A DNA stretch of 64,000 bases from the NCBI RefSeq assembly GCF_036588685.1, contig NC_086385.1:45717216-45781215 (forward strand), given 5' to 3'. Source of the stretch: Mytilus trossulus. Its lineage: Eukaryota. Below are positions 51,320 through 64,000 of this stretch, in pieces. The notes beneath the pieces were generated by a model. It did no database searches. It saw only the letters and a list, made by a program, of their open reading frames with translations, and was not told the origin of the DNA. The translations under genes and the position numbers were made by a program. The first letter of the stretch is position 1; every line of letters starts with the position of its first letter.

Positions 51320-52131
51320 TGTTTATTTATACACTGTATAAGCTTACATAATCTTTTTTACTCTGACTTTTTGTTTGCCCATCAGTTTTCCAAATTTTAG
51401 TGTATTAACACGAGCCAAATAGTACTTATCAAGGTATTATTTTCTGCTGTCGTTAAAATATGGACATTCTAGCAGATAATGTAATTCGTCTCCAATACTA
51501 CCAATATTACAAAGATGACATTTTCTATCATTTCTATTAACATTATTCCACCTCCCTTTCTCTATAAGAAGTCTGTGCTTTGTGGTTCTTTATCTACATA
51601 AAATAATACTTTCGTGCATATCCAAGATATCGAAATATTTTTCAAAATTTTATTTTAAGTTAAAAATTCTATAATTTACTGCTTTTTCAGACTCTTGTAA
51701 TTGTGTATTCCACAACTGTTTATAATTGTCTTGTAATCGCAACTTGAGTGCATTTTTTAACCATATATCATTAACAAAACATTGAGAAATTCAAATATTT
51801 GAAAAACCACATTCATCCAAAATATTTTTAACTTTACTCACAAATGTACATACATTATTAACAGTAAATAGTGTTTTTGATAGTCTATATGCGATAGAAG
51901 ATAGCTTAGTCTCTTTAGCGAATAATAACTTACACCAATAAGTGTTTCTGTGCTATTTTAGTATTACCAGTTCTAGATAATAATATGCCCAAATAGTTCA
52001 AATCTTTAACAATTTCAATGTCCTTGCCGTCTATATCAAAATGCAGTTTGGACAGCATTCTGCTTCTAGAAAAAAATTATCACTTTAGTTTTCGTGGAGT
52101 TAACTTTAAGATTCCAACCATTACAATATTC
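51320..52131 (-). mobile_element. 5'-truncated, decayed LINE fragment (ORF2 C-terminus)
   Basis: Minus strand reads HRLLIEKGRWNN...RKCHLCNIGSIGDELHYLLECPYF, homologous to the C-terminus of the large LINE but diverged. Confidence 0.75.
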
Positions 52132-52414
52132 GTACGTCCCGCTTCAGTTTAAAGTTTTTGGTCAAGGTAGTTTTTGATGAAGTTAAAGTCCAATCAACTT
52201 GAGACTTAGTACACATGTTCCACATGTTCCTTATGATATGATCTTTCTAATTTTAATGCCAAATAAGAGTTTTGACCCCAATTTCACGGTCCACTGAACA
52301 TAGAAAATGACAGTACGAGTAGGGCATCCGTGTAGACACATTCTTGGTTGCCATTACAATCGATATTGCGGATGAATTTCACGTGAAATCTCGCCGCTAT
52401 TTATAGATTTGTCT

Positions 52415-52710
52415 TATGCTATGATGAAATGGTCTTCTGATATAGTGAAACGGTATAATAATATGGTGAAATGGTATTATGATATGATAAAATGGGCTTA
52501 TGATATACATGGTAAAATGGTATTATGGTATGATGAAATAGTGTTATGATATAGTGAAATGGTATTATGATTTGATAAAATGGTGTTAGGATATGATAAA
52601 ATGGTATTATGATATGTAAAATTGGGTTATGATATGATAAAATGGCCTTATGATATGCATGGTGAAATGGTATCATGATATTGTGAAATGGTATAATGGT
52701 ATGACAAAAC
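52415..52710. repeat. AT-rich minisatellite, ~22-bp unit
   Basis: tatgatatgataaaatggtat-like units, decaying toward ~53270. Confidence 0.8.
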
Positions 52711-53950
52711 CGTCCAATAGTGTAATCAAATAGTCTACTGGTATATAGATGACACCTCGTGATATAAGAACTGTTAGCTTGATATTAAATATGTCTTTAC
52801 ATGCTTTATAAGATAGTAAATTGACATAATAGTATGACACAATTGTTCTATGTTGTATCCAGATGATTGTATAGTGAACAAATGTATCGTTATAATAAAC
52901 AGGGGTGACAAAATAGTATGAACAAGATGCTTCATATCGTTAAGATATCTTTATAGTTAGAAATGTATCTTTATGACATAGCAATATCACATAATGGTTT
53001 AGTTAAATGACAAATCAATATGAAAATGTAGCTCACTGTTATATCAAGACGTCTTCATAGTATGAAAAAATATCTTCATAACAAATTGAAATGACATAAT
53101 AGTATGAAAAGGTAGCTCCATGTTGAATCAAAGTGTCTATAGTATATTCATTTATCTTAGAGATATAGCAAATTGACAGAGTATTATAGTCAATAAAATT
53201 AACGGTACCAATTTTCTTGCACCAGATGCGTCAAATGTCGTTATAGTATAGAACATTTGCTTCGTAATATATCTTTACCTGTAATGATATGGTTATTGTT
53301 ATCATAAGGCAGCTGTGGCGTTCGATGATCATAGTAGCAAACTCAATTGGAAATTTACATGACATAAGAACAAATTTTGAAAATCAGTTGAAAAAGGCTT
53401 AACTCGTCGGATCAAGTCAATTTTTGACATAAGGTGTTTTCTGGCAATGACATCCCTGTGATAGTTAACAATTTGTAAGTTTTGTGCTTAATTCAGTTAG
53501 ATAGACATGATAGAAAGTTTAGTTCCAACTTCATAGAAGTAATCATTGATCTATCACAAGTACATACTTTCCCCAGCTAGAGTTGTAACACATTTTATTA
53601 TATACTAAGCATGACGATGGAATAGATTGCAGTTAGCTAAATAAGTTATCTAATATAAATATTAAGAGTTTATCAAGCAGAGAATGTCCTTAAATTTTCG
53701 TATACTATTAACTGCTCTTTTTTATAAGGGGGCCATACAAAAATGGGCATATTTCCACTTAATCAGTATCGAATACTTTCCAATACTATCCTACCTTTAT
53801 TTTCATCAGCATTGAAAAAAGATATAATAATTCTTGTAAAACATTACTTTGATTGTTTTTCACTGTTCTCACCCCACAAGAATCAGTTAGTTCCTTCTTT
53901 AAATTAAGAATTGGTAATCTAGGTTACGAAATCAGTTAATTTGTTTACAG

Positions 53951-56900
53951 AATCTGAAGATGCCGAGGTACAATGTAAAAATAATACTGCTGATAGAGGA
54001 GGAAGATTTGTTAATCTTCAATGTACCATCAACTCACATTATATAACCTGTGCAAGCGACATATATTGGGTAAATGTTAATACTGGAGAAAAGATTAACA
54101 CAACAGGGGAACTTTACAAAGTATCCTGTGAGGTATGTATAGGTATGTTTAATCTGTTGATGATTTATTCAATCAAAGGAAAAGTTAAAAACATAATAAA
54201 GAATTAGATAACGAACAACAATCACCTTGAGTTGTGATAGGTGAACAATATTTATTGATTGAACGTTTGTTTCTCAATGTCTAGTGGCAAATATTTCATG
54301 CAGGTTCAGGACATAGTAAGTGTTTGTGTTTCGGTCTGTTTTTCTTAAACTTTAAGAAATGGGTCAGCTTCGTTTGTTTGATCGAAGTATTGTAAGCTGT
54401 TCATGTCTGCCTTCCATGATCTATCTGACCCTGACCTAATTTTTATGGTTTATTGGTCAATGTTAAGTTTTCTTGGTTAAGTCTGTTTCTGATAATCTAC
54501 AAGCAGTTGGTCAACTATATTAAGTGCATTGCATGATTGTAAATAAACTCATTTTATATACCAGGATTGAAATTTTATATTATGCTTAAGTTTAGAAAAG
54601 ACTGATCAATGACACTCGAATCAAAGAATGATAAAAAGGCAAAAATAAAGAACGAAGTCAAAGAGAATTGAGTACCAAAAATTCACAAAAGTTTTGCAAA
54701 ATACAGCTACGGTAGTGTGAACATGTACAGTGTTCTCCTTTTTTCACTAAGGTAAGGTTGGTGTTTTGATTGTATTTTTTATTTGGTTTATATAACCATG
54801 ACCTCATTTTCTTGTTTCATTAAGATCATGTTAAGTTTATGTGATAGTAGTAAAGCTTTATATTTAGAACAATATATCAACATTATATCACTATTAAGTA
54901 TAAAGGGGAGATATTTCATTGAGTGTACTCTTGTTTCCTATTAAACCATAATTTTTAATGTTTCTTCCACAGGGTAGTGTCAATAATTCTTCCATTACAA
55001 CTTCATTGCATATCAACACAGTAACGGATGAAGTCATCAAAACGAATTTCACAATGGTGTATGTCAACAGATATCAGACTACTCATCGCTTCTTAGTTCA
55101 TACAACATTTAATCAAGGTAGTGTAATTCATACAGAAACACTCATAAAATATTTTTAAACGGCTTAGGAACCGGTAGAACTTGAGGAATTATCAGTAATA
55201 AAATGCTCTGAAAGTGTGTTCAATATATAAATTAGTAAAATACCATTAAGGAACAAGAAAATGTAGCAATCGGAAAGTATTAGAAAAACAAACAAAATCC
55301 AAAACTGAAGATCAGCAAACTTGTTTAATCTGCCAGGTATTTTGTTGTTTTTATACGCCCGTCAAAATTTTGACGGGACGTATTTTGGTATACAATTGTC
55401 CGGTGTCGGTCCGTCCGTCCGTCCGTCTGTCTGTCCATCTGTCTGTCCGGCGTAAACATGTTGCACCGTAACTTGAGAATGACTTATCCAAATTTCATGA
55501 AACTTAACATAGTTGTTTCTTATGATGGTCAAATGATCTGTATACTTTTTGGTGAAAATAAGATTAAAACTTTTTGAGTTATGGCACTTTATAACTAAAA
55601 CATTTTTTTTTTCACATGTCGCACCGTATCTCAAAAACAATTCTTGATTATGGCTTAAAACTTTAAACACTTCTTAGTTATATTAATCTTAATATCTGTA
55701 TACTTTGTGGTGATGATTCCAAATTCTAACATGACGTCCTTCAAACGCTTTGAGTACACACCCGTGGTAAAATTTGAATATATTTCATGGGCTGTTCCGA
55801 TCGTACTCCCACGTCATATGCTTTTTTATGAATGAGTTTCGCGACGTCATAATACGATGACGTTAGAATATGAGCATTTTACGGGAAAATACACGCTTGA
55901 AAAACCGAAAATCATCACAACATGGCAACGTAAACAAACGATGCTAAAATGTGTTATAAGCCATATTTGTTTAAACATTTAAGACATATAAGTAAATTAT
56001 CATTTAAAATAATTCAAAACTATCTATATGCGTTATTTTAAATAGTTTAAGCATGTCACTAATTCAGTTTACTCCGTTCTTTTACGCCAATTTAATAGTG
56101 CGTTTATTTATGGGAATGGCAAATATTTGCCTCCACCTAGAGCGCTTCGATCCAAAAGAATTGCCGTATTTGACCTATTAGAATCGAAATAATTCATGGG
56201 GGCTTGAATATATCTAGATTTTACCACAGGTTGTCCCTTTATGCCGATATTTTACCCCTCGCTATCGCTCAGGGTAAAATATTTGTCATAAAGGGCCAAC
56301 CCGTGGTAAAATCACGATATATTCAAGCCCCCATGAATTATTTCTTAATTTTATTTTTGAGTTATTGAGTAATTTAAAAAAGGGGGAGGTTTTTTTTACA
56401 TGTCGCATCATATCTCAAAAACGATTTATGATTATTGCTTAAAACTTTACACATGTCTTTGTTGTATTCATCTAAAGATCTGCATACTTTTTGGTGATGA
56501 TTCAAAATTTTATTTTGGAGTTATTGAGTATTTTGTTAAACAGGGGAGTTTTTTTTTTACATGTCGCGCCTATCTCAAAAATGATTTATGATTATTGCTT
56601 AAAACTTGACACACTTCTTTGCTATATTAATCTAAAGATCTATATACTCTTTGGTTTTGATTCAAAATTTTATTTTAGTGATATTTATTTTTTTGTCTCA
56701 AAAACAATATATGGTAATTGCTTAAAACTTTCTCAGAAACTATTTATGATAAAGGCATAAAACTTCCACACAAGACGTCGGGCGTATCATGCGCTCATGG
56801 CACAGCTGTTAATTGTTTTTGAGGTACCACTTTTTCATGTATACCCAACATCTACTTTTATTCATATAAAAAGTTTATTTCAAACATTAATGAATAGTAA

Positions 56901-59900
56901 AATACAACTTTGATCGATAAGATCATTCTTTTTAAATGGCACCCTTTTTAGCTCACCTGGCTTTTCTCATCACTTGGCGTCCGTCGTCGTCCGTCGTCGT
57001 GAACTTTTACAAAAATCTTCCTTTGAAACTACTGGGCCAAATTTAACAAAACTTGGCGACAATCATCATTGGGGTATCTAGTTCAAAATATCTGTGGCGT
57101 GACCCTGCCAACCAATCAAGCTGGCCGCCATGGCTAAACATAGAACATCGGGGTAAAACGCAGTTTTTGGCTTATAACTCAAAAACCAAAGCATTTAGAT
57201 CAAATCTGACAAGGGTAAAATTGTTTATCAGGTCAATGTCTATCTGCCCTGCAATTTTCAGATGAATCCGACAACCCGTTGTTGGGTTGCTGCCCCTGAA
57301 TTTGTAATTTTAGGGAAATTTTGCTGTTTTTGGTTATTATCTTAAATATAATTATAGATAGAGGTAAACTGTAAACAGCAATAATGTTTAGCAAAATAAG
57401 ACCTAAAAATAACTCAATATGACTAAAATGGTCAACTGACACCCTAAGGAGTTATTCTCCTTTATAGTCAATTTTTAACAATTTTCATTAAAATTTGTAA
57501 ATTTTTACTTACATTTTCTACTGAAACTACTGGAACAAGTTCATTATAGATAGAAATAGTTGTAAGCAGCAAGCATGTTCAGTAAAGTAAGATGTACAAA
57601 CACATCACCATCACCAAAACACAATTTTGTCATGAATCCATCTGTGTCCTTTGTTTAATATTCACATAGACCAAGGTGAGCGACACAGGCTCTTTAGAGC
57701 CTCTACTTTTTATATTCCAAGTTTTACTCCAAGGGGCTACAATTGCAGTTTTTGTTTTGTTGAAAAAAATGGGAAGAAAAAAACAGGGAAAAAATCAGTA
57801 ACTGCTAGTAGAAAAAAATATACTATGGCTACAAATTAAGATACAGCAACAATATTCATGATCTATAAAACACTACAGAGAAAGCGATATACCAAAATAA
57901 AGCAAATTGTAATTTCTTGTCTTGGGAAAAATTGGGATGCTTTTCCATAGCCAACAGCATAAAATTTGTATTCGACCGCAAAATATTTGTGTGAGAATAT
58001 TGCTATCTTGCTATCGTTCAAAGACATTTGGTTTCTAGACAATAACTTAAGTAAAACTGAATGGATCTCTGTGAAAGGTTCAATAGAACAAAAAGAAGGT
58101 TGTGATTAATTGTGGGGTTTATAGTACCTTCTATTTAAGAATGAGGGGTCTATATTACCATGTATTTTAAAATTGGATATCGTGACATTTTTAAAAAGGT
58201 CTGCATTGGGCTCCAAAATTTGATAAGAAACTCAATTCATGTGATGTTATGATATGCTGAATCAAACTGTGCAATTTGTTTTTAATTTTGAGATTAGTTT
58301 TCAAATAGGTCTATATTGACAATGATTGAGGTCCATAGGTTCCAAAATCAAACTTGTTTTGAATTCATGTTTTTTTGTCTATTTTCTATGTAAACCTCAT
58401 GTTCCACAATGGTTTTGACTGAGGGTAACTATGTTGTTATTGTTTTCTGTTTACCCTTGTATTCACAAAAGTTATCGAATAAACTTGTTTAGCTTGTGAC
58501 TTTAGTTGCAAAACGCTCTACATGGGGATAGTGATCTGACAGTGCAGCAGCGTTTTAACTAACTTCTTTTAAAAAGCTTCATACTTTAGAAAGTGGAAGA
58601 CCTGTGGATGCTTCATACTTTGTATATTGATGCTATATTTTAGGGGTTTTTAGTCTGTCACATGTTCATCTTCCTTGACCTCGTTTTGATGGTTCAGTGA
58701 CTACTTGACTACAGTTTTCACTTGACCTCAACCTCATTTCATGGATAAGTGAACAAGTTTAAGTTTTAGTTGTCAAGTATATTTGGTTGTAAGGTGTACA
58801 TGTCCAACTCACAGGCACTCGTCTCAGAAAACTTATTTCTTATATAACTTTATATAACACACAGTACTTAACTCGCGATTTAGAAAAATGTCAGGCGGTG
58901 ATGAAATTACGTTATATGCCGATTTCTCGGCTTTCAACCCTACTAAAATTTGTTATATTTAAATCTTAATTGATTTATCTTCACAATGGTATATAACACT
59001 TTTGTTATCGGAATCATCCGTAACAATCCTACCTAAATAATTTATTTGAATATATAGGGATTCACTGAAGTATGACTGGAGCGCTCCTGCCCCCCTCCCC
59101 ATTTTAGGTCAGTCAGTGGACCTCCCTAATGAAACATTCTTGACCCGCTGATCCGCTGCTGAAGGGTATATATATATACTTGATCAGGTTTACTGAAAAT
59201 TTCACCCTTTAACATTTAGACTCTTGAATGTTAAGAGACAATAAAGGATGAACGGATCGTATAAATCGCAGGGAAAATATGATACAAGCCCAAACGAATA
59301 ATATAAACGAGTCTAAATTGAAATCTACGTTCAAACCTATGATTCCGTTGGATTAAAACTGCAATTTTTATACGTGTGCATGTAAAACAAATTTTGTTGT
59401 AGAAGGGTCTAAATACAGCACAAACAACATTTTCCAAAATACCAAAAAAGTGAAAACATATATTTAAACAAAACGCATTTGACTAACAGGTCGAACAACT
59501 GATGTTCTTAAACCCTGCTGACTGTAATTGGCGATTGCCAAATAAAATTGATCACGAGATGTAACAAAATGGATCTTAATATAAATTTAATACTAAACAG
59601 AAAACGATAAACTTGTGACCAAGATGTAATACCACAAGTTGTCAATATTTTTTTTTGTACACTAGATCTAGATTTCGTCAATATATGTCTCTTCAGTGAT
59701 GTTAGGGATCGAAACGATATTTGGAAGGCCATATAATTTACCCTCAATTTCATATAGACTCTTGAATTTTAAGAGTCAATATAGGATGAACGAATCATAT
59801 AATTCGGAGGGAAAGAATGATACAAGCCCAAACGAACAAATATAAACGAGTCTAAATTGAAAACTAAGTTCAAACCTATGATTGCGTTGGATAAAAACCG

Positions 59901-61836
59901 CAATTTTTATACGTGTGCATGTAAAACAAATTTCGTTGTAGAAACAACATTTTCCATAAGACCAAAAAAATTGAAAAAGTACATTTAAACAAAACGCAAA
60001 ACGCATTTGACTTATAGGTCGAAAAACTGATGTTTTTAAACCTTGCTGACTGGCATTGAATTCCAAATAAAATTTACCACGAGATGTAATAAAATGAACT
60101 TCGTCATAATGCCATGAAAAATTACATTCACTTTACATACATGATATATGTGGTTCATTTTTCTTTTAATTTTAAAAGCTTTCTCAAACTATCATGGATT
60201 TTTACCAAAGTTGGACAGACGCTTGTTAATGATGACAAAATCTTGTATCTAGAAGCACATTTTGTTAAAATGTTGTGTCCGTTTTTTGCTTATAAATGGA
60301 AACAGTTTTCTTCCAATTATTAATTACAGTCATGACAGTCTGCATTTAAAGTTTTTTTAGATTCATAAACTATATTTGATTTTTTCAAAACATGGACAGA
60401 AGCTTCTTACAATCAAATGCTAGTATCAAGAGGATTTTTTTATCAATCTGTTTGCTTGTTTTGTTGAGCCTGTGATTCAAACAGCAAAGTAGGTGAGACA
60501 CCATGCAGGTCCCTCTGATCCCTTTGGAATGTTTGTTAAAATGACCAATGTTATGATTTTGAAGTGTATGACTGTCTTTCTAGTTTAATTTATTTGACTA
60601 TGATCTTATATCTATTGATTGTTTATTATGTCAAGTTTATGTGATTATACTTGTACAAGTTGTAGTCAATCGGTATTGTTAGGACTGTCAACTTAAACTA
60701 AATAATGAATATTTAAGCTGCCAAGACATTTCAGCATTTGTCTTATTTGAAAAATATAAATGTCAATTTGTAGAATGCTTGTATAGAAAACACTCATCAA
60801 AGATACCAGGATTGCAATTTCATATTTTGTCTTTTATATTTGCGCAAGTAAGCATTTTGTCTACAAAAGACTCACCAGTGACCCTAGAATCAAATAATTT
60901 TACAGGCCAAATAAAGTACCGGGTTCAAGAGTTATAGATCATAGTTGGTAATGATTATAATAGAAAGCAAACCAAAAGAAATGTTCATTATTTGTTTTGA
61001 ATAATGCAGTTCCTTTCAAATTGGCCCCATATGTTCTAAATTCATATTGACATAATGAGTAGGATAATTTAATGTATTGTACTGTTATATCACACTGATC
61101 TTCTATTAATGAAATGGTACATATAACGTATACATGATATAATGGTTTTGTGATGTCATACGTTGACCTGATCTTTATAACTCTTACCTGGACATATCAT
61201 AAACATCAAAATACTAAATTTATTGGTAAATGAACAGACATTGATAAGTTTAACTCGAACTTATATCATGTCATCTGCCAGTTTGCTGGTGAAACAAAAA
61301 AAAACCAACAACACTTGATTCTCTCATACAAAATACCAAATACAATCTGATTTTTCTGCATATTTATAGGGTAAATTATCAGCTGCTCGACACAATAGGA
61401 TACTGTTTTAAAATGGTTTACTTCGCTCACCAGACAAAAAGCTTCATATTATGACTCATAGCTGATATTTTACAATATGACTTTAACATTTAAACACATA
61501 ATTAATACAATGTTAAAACAAGCTACTTTTTCATTTCAGATTTACACCTGGATCTGCAAACAGATATTGTTATCAACAGACCTGTAATATTGAGATGTAC
61601 CAGTGTCAAAAGTAATCACAAATCTTGGTACCTTTACAAAGGGGATACTATTTTGATTGATGATGGTTCAGTGAACAGTAAATACAGTCTTTATGAAATC
61701 TATACAAACCACACAATGCGTACCATTGATATCATATTTAAAAGATTTAGTCAAGACTTATTAGATGTATACAAATGTGTTCGGGAACAGGGAGCCCCAT
61801 CAAACAGTCTTGATTTAAACGACGTATACAAAAAAG
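53951..61836 (+). CDS. Host immunoglobulin-domain gene, three internal exons (partial)
   Basis: Exons 53951-54132, 54973-55117, 61540-61836 with AG/GT ends and compatible phases (1-0, 0-1, 1-1). Peptides VNLQCTI...IYWVN and VILRCTS...WYLYKG...DVYKC give Ig-like C...W...YxC spacing. Confidence 0.78.
55349..56810 (+). mobile_element. Second HINE/Helentron-type family element, interrupted at 55727-56348
   Basis: 5' TACGCCCG subTIR with hairpin, (GTCC/GTCT)n microsatellite, internal repeats, 3' CGGGCGTA plus short stem-loop. Confidence 0.7.
55727..56348. mobile_element. Nested insertion with ~160-bp terminal hairpin (Crypton-like non-autonomous)
   Basis: Hairpin 56186-56344 (gaaataattcatgggggcttgaatatatc...gatatattcaagcccccatgaattatttc); host repeat resumes after 56348. 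Confidence 0.6.
56946..57706 (+). mobile_element. HINE/Helentron-type non-autonomous element
   Basis: TTTTAGCTCACCT start, (CGT/GTCC) microsatellite, AGGTGAGC subTIR and AGGCTC-TTTA-GAGCCT 3' hairpin. Confidence 0.82.
59217..60100. repeat. Two diverged tandem copies of a ~350-540-bp repeat
   Basis: tagactcttgaat.ttaagag.caata.aggatgaacg... at 59217 and 59755. Confidence 0.8.
59660..59701 (-). ncRNA. Degenerate minimal hammerhead ribozyme (second family, CUGAAGA core)
   Basis: Minus strand CAUCA-CUGAAGA-GACAUAUAUUGAC-GAAA-U(CUAG)A-UC/UAGUG; one mismatch each in stems I and II. Confidence 0.55.
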
Positions 61837-62790
61837 GTAAGAAGATTATTATGATTTAATTGGCACATTTCCATGCAGTTTATATGGTCCTCAGTCCCCT
61901 CAGTCCCCTTTATTGACTTTGAAACTTAAGCATTAGTTTGTGATTAAGTCAGTAGATGGGAACCATTACTGGTATGCATATGTTAATTGGTATGCAGTTG
62001 TATAAGCATTGGTATATATCTCATTTTATGGAGATTTTAAGCTCCCCCTCTAAGTTGTCTTTGAAAATTTAAAAAGTTAACATACATACTAGTTTTTTTA
62101 TAATTGAAGGTCTGTTCAAGGGTAACACTTACTGTTATGCAAATGTTTATTGGTATTCAGTTGTATAAGCATTATCACATCTCATTTCCATGGAGAATAT
62201 TTTATCTTTCCCCGCCCATGGTCTATCGAGTTTGAAACTTTTGCTTAGTTTAAATTGGTATTTGGTAAGCAAATTTATTGGCAATTGCAAGTATCTTTTC
62301 CAATGAGATTATATAGCACCACCTTCTTTTCATGACTCATTGACTTTGAACTTTTGCATAGTTACAAGTTAATGTTTGTGTTTAGGTTTGTGTAAAGGGA
62401 ACGACTTCTAATAAGTCAATTGTATTTTGACACGTTGGAATGCAGGTGTAATTCAACATTGACACATCTCATTTACATAGAGATTGTTTTAAAGTCATGT
62501 ATCTCAGTCATGGTTCATTGACTTAGAATATTTGCATAACTTCTGTAACATGTTAGTAAAACTATTTTAATTTCAACAATTGCATAATCAAAATTACAAA
62601 AAGGTAAGACATATATCTGTGTTTATTTGTTCTTCTTTTGTCATCTATGAGCATGTTCATAATGTTATACACCTCACTTGTGAAAGTTACATGATAGAAT
62701 TTGTTTTTATGTAAAGATTGCATTCATGCGATCAAAACCTTATGGGACTGACTTGATATCAAAATCTTCCAAGATTTATCACTACCTTAT

Positions 62791-63968
62791 CAGCTCACCT
62801 GGCCCACAGGGCCAAGTGAGCTTTTCTCATCACTTGGCGTCCGTCGTCCGTCGTCGTCTTATTCGTCGTTAGCTTTTACAAAAATCTTCTCCTCTGAAAC
62901 TACTGGGCCAAATTAAACCAAACTTGGCCACAATCATTATTAGGGTATCTAGTTTTAAAAATGTGTCTGGTGACTTCCCCCCTCCCCAAAACCAACCAAC
63001 CAAAATGGCCGCCATGGCTAAAAATAGAACATAGGTGTAAAATGCAGTTTTTGGCTTATTACTCAAAAACCAAAGCATTTAGAGAAAAAATCTGACGGGG
63101 GGTTAAATTGTTTATCAGGTCAAAATCTGTCTGCCCTGAAATTTTCAGATGAATCGTAAAACCCGTTTTTGGGTTGCTGTCCCTAAATTGGTAATTTTAA
63201 GGAAATTTTACTGTTTTTGGTTCATCTTTAATATTGTTATGGATAGAGATAAACTGTAAACAGCAATAATGAAAATCTTAGTTATTTTTTACAAAAATCT
63301 TCTCCTCCGAAACTACTGGGCCAAATTAATCCAAACTTGGCAACAATCATCTTTGTGGTATCTATTTAAAAAATGTGTCACATTACCCGGCCATCCAACC
63401 AAGATGGCCGCCACGACTAAAAATAGAACATAGGAGTGAAATGTAGTTTTTGGCTTATAATCCAGAAACCAAAGCATTTAGAGCAAATCTAACACAGGGG
63501 TTGAATTTATTTATCAGGTCAAGATCTATCTGCCCTGAAATTATCAGATGAATCGGACAACCCGTTGTTGCCCCTGAATTGGTAATTTTAAGGAAATTTT
63601 GCTGTTTTTTGTTATTATCTTGAATATTTGTATAAAGAACAATAATGTTCAGCAAAGTAAGATATTCAAATAAGTCAACATGACCGAAATGGTATATTGA
63701 CCCCCGAAGGAGTTATGGTCCTTTATAGTCAATTTTTAACAATTTTCATACAATTTGTAAATTTTTATTAACATTTTCCACTGAAACTACCGGGCCAATT
63801 TCATTATAGATAGAGATAATTGCAAGCAGCAAGAATGTTCAGTTAAGTAAGATGTACAAACACATCACCATCACCTTAACACAATTTTGTCATGAATCCA
63901 TTTGCTTCCTTTGTTTAATATTCACATAGACCAAGGTGAGCGACACAGGCTCTTTAGAGTCTCTAGTT
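62791..63968 (+). mobile_element. HINE/Helentron-type element with internal duplication
   Basis: GCTCACCTGGCCC..GGGCCAAGTGAG 5' hairpin, (CGT)n, two internal units, AGGTGAGC and 3' hairpin remnant. Confidence 0.82.
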
Positions 63969-64000
63969 TTTGATACACAAAATATATTGCATTGATCATA

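Overview
AT-rich, intron-rich animal genomic DNA. The repeat families (Helentron/HINE-type, Nin-like SINE, minimal hammerhead repeats) suggest a bivalve such as Mytilus; this is inference. The centre of the window is a ~16-kb DNA-transposon-like insert (16704-32687) between two ~99.9% identical 5.1-kb direct repeats (11610-16705 and 32688-37782). Each repeat holds part of a dead RTE-X/CR1-like LINE plus its flank. The insert carries: (i) an intronless ~1,070-aa transposase-like gene, split by one 1-nt frameshift, whose N-terminus resembles the RAG1 N-terminal/Chapaev Zn finger and whose core has Academ/DUF6589-like DDE motifs; (ii) an intact 8-exon, 490-aa accessory gene on the same strand, with the transposase gene inside its first coding intron; (iii) clusters of paired TGAC-N8-GTCA palindromes; (iv) a 288/289-bp satellite. 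Elsewhere: a 1.46-kb foldback, MITEs, a CACTA/EnSpm-type non-autonomous element, HINEs, SINEs, hammerhead ribozyme motifs, a decayed DDE transposase, and three exons of a host Ig-domain gene. All family names come from motif recognition by eye; no database searches were run.
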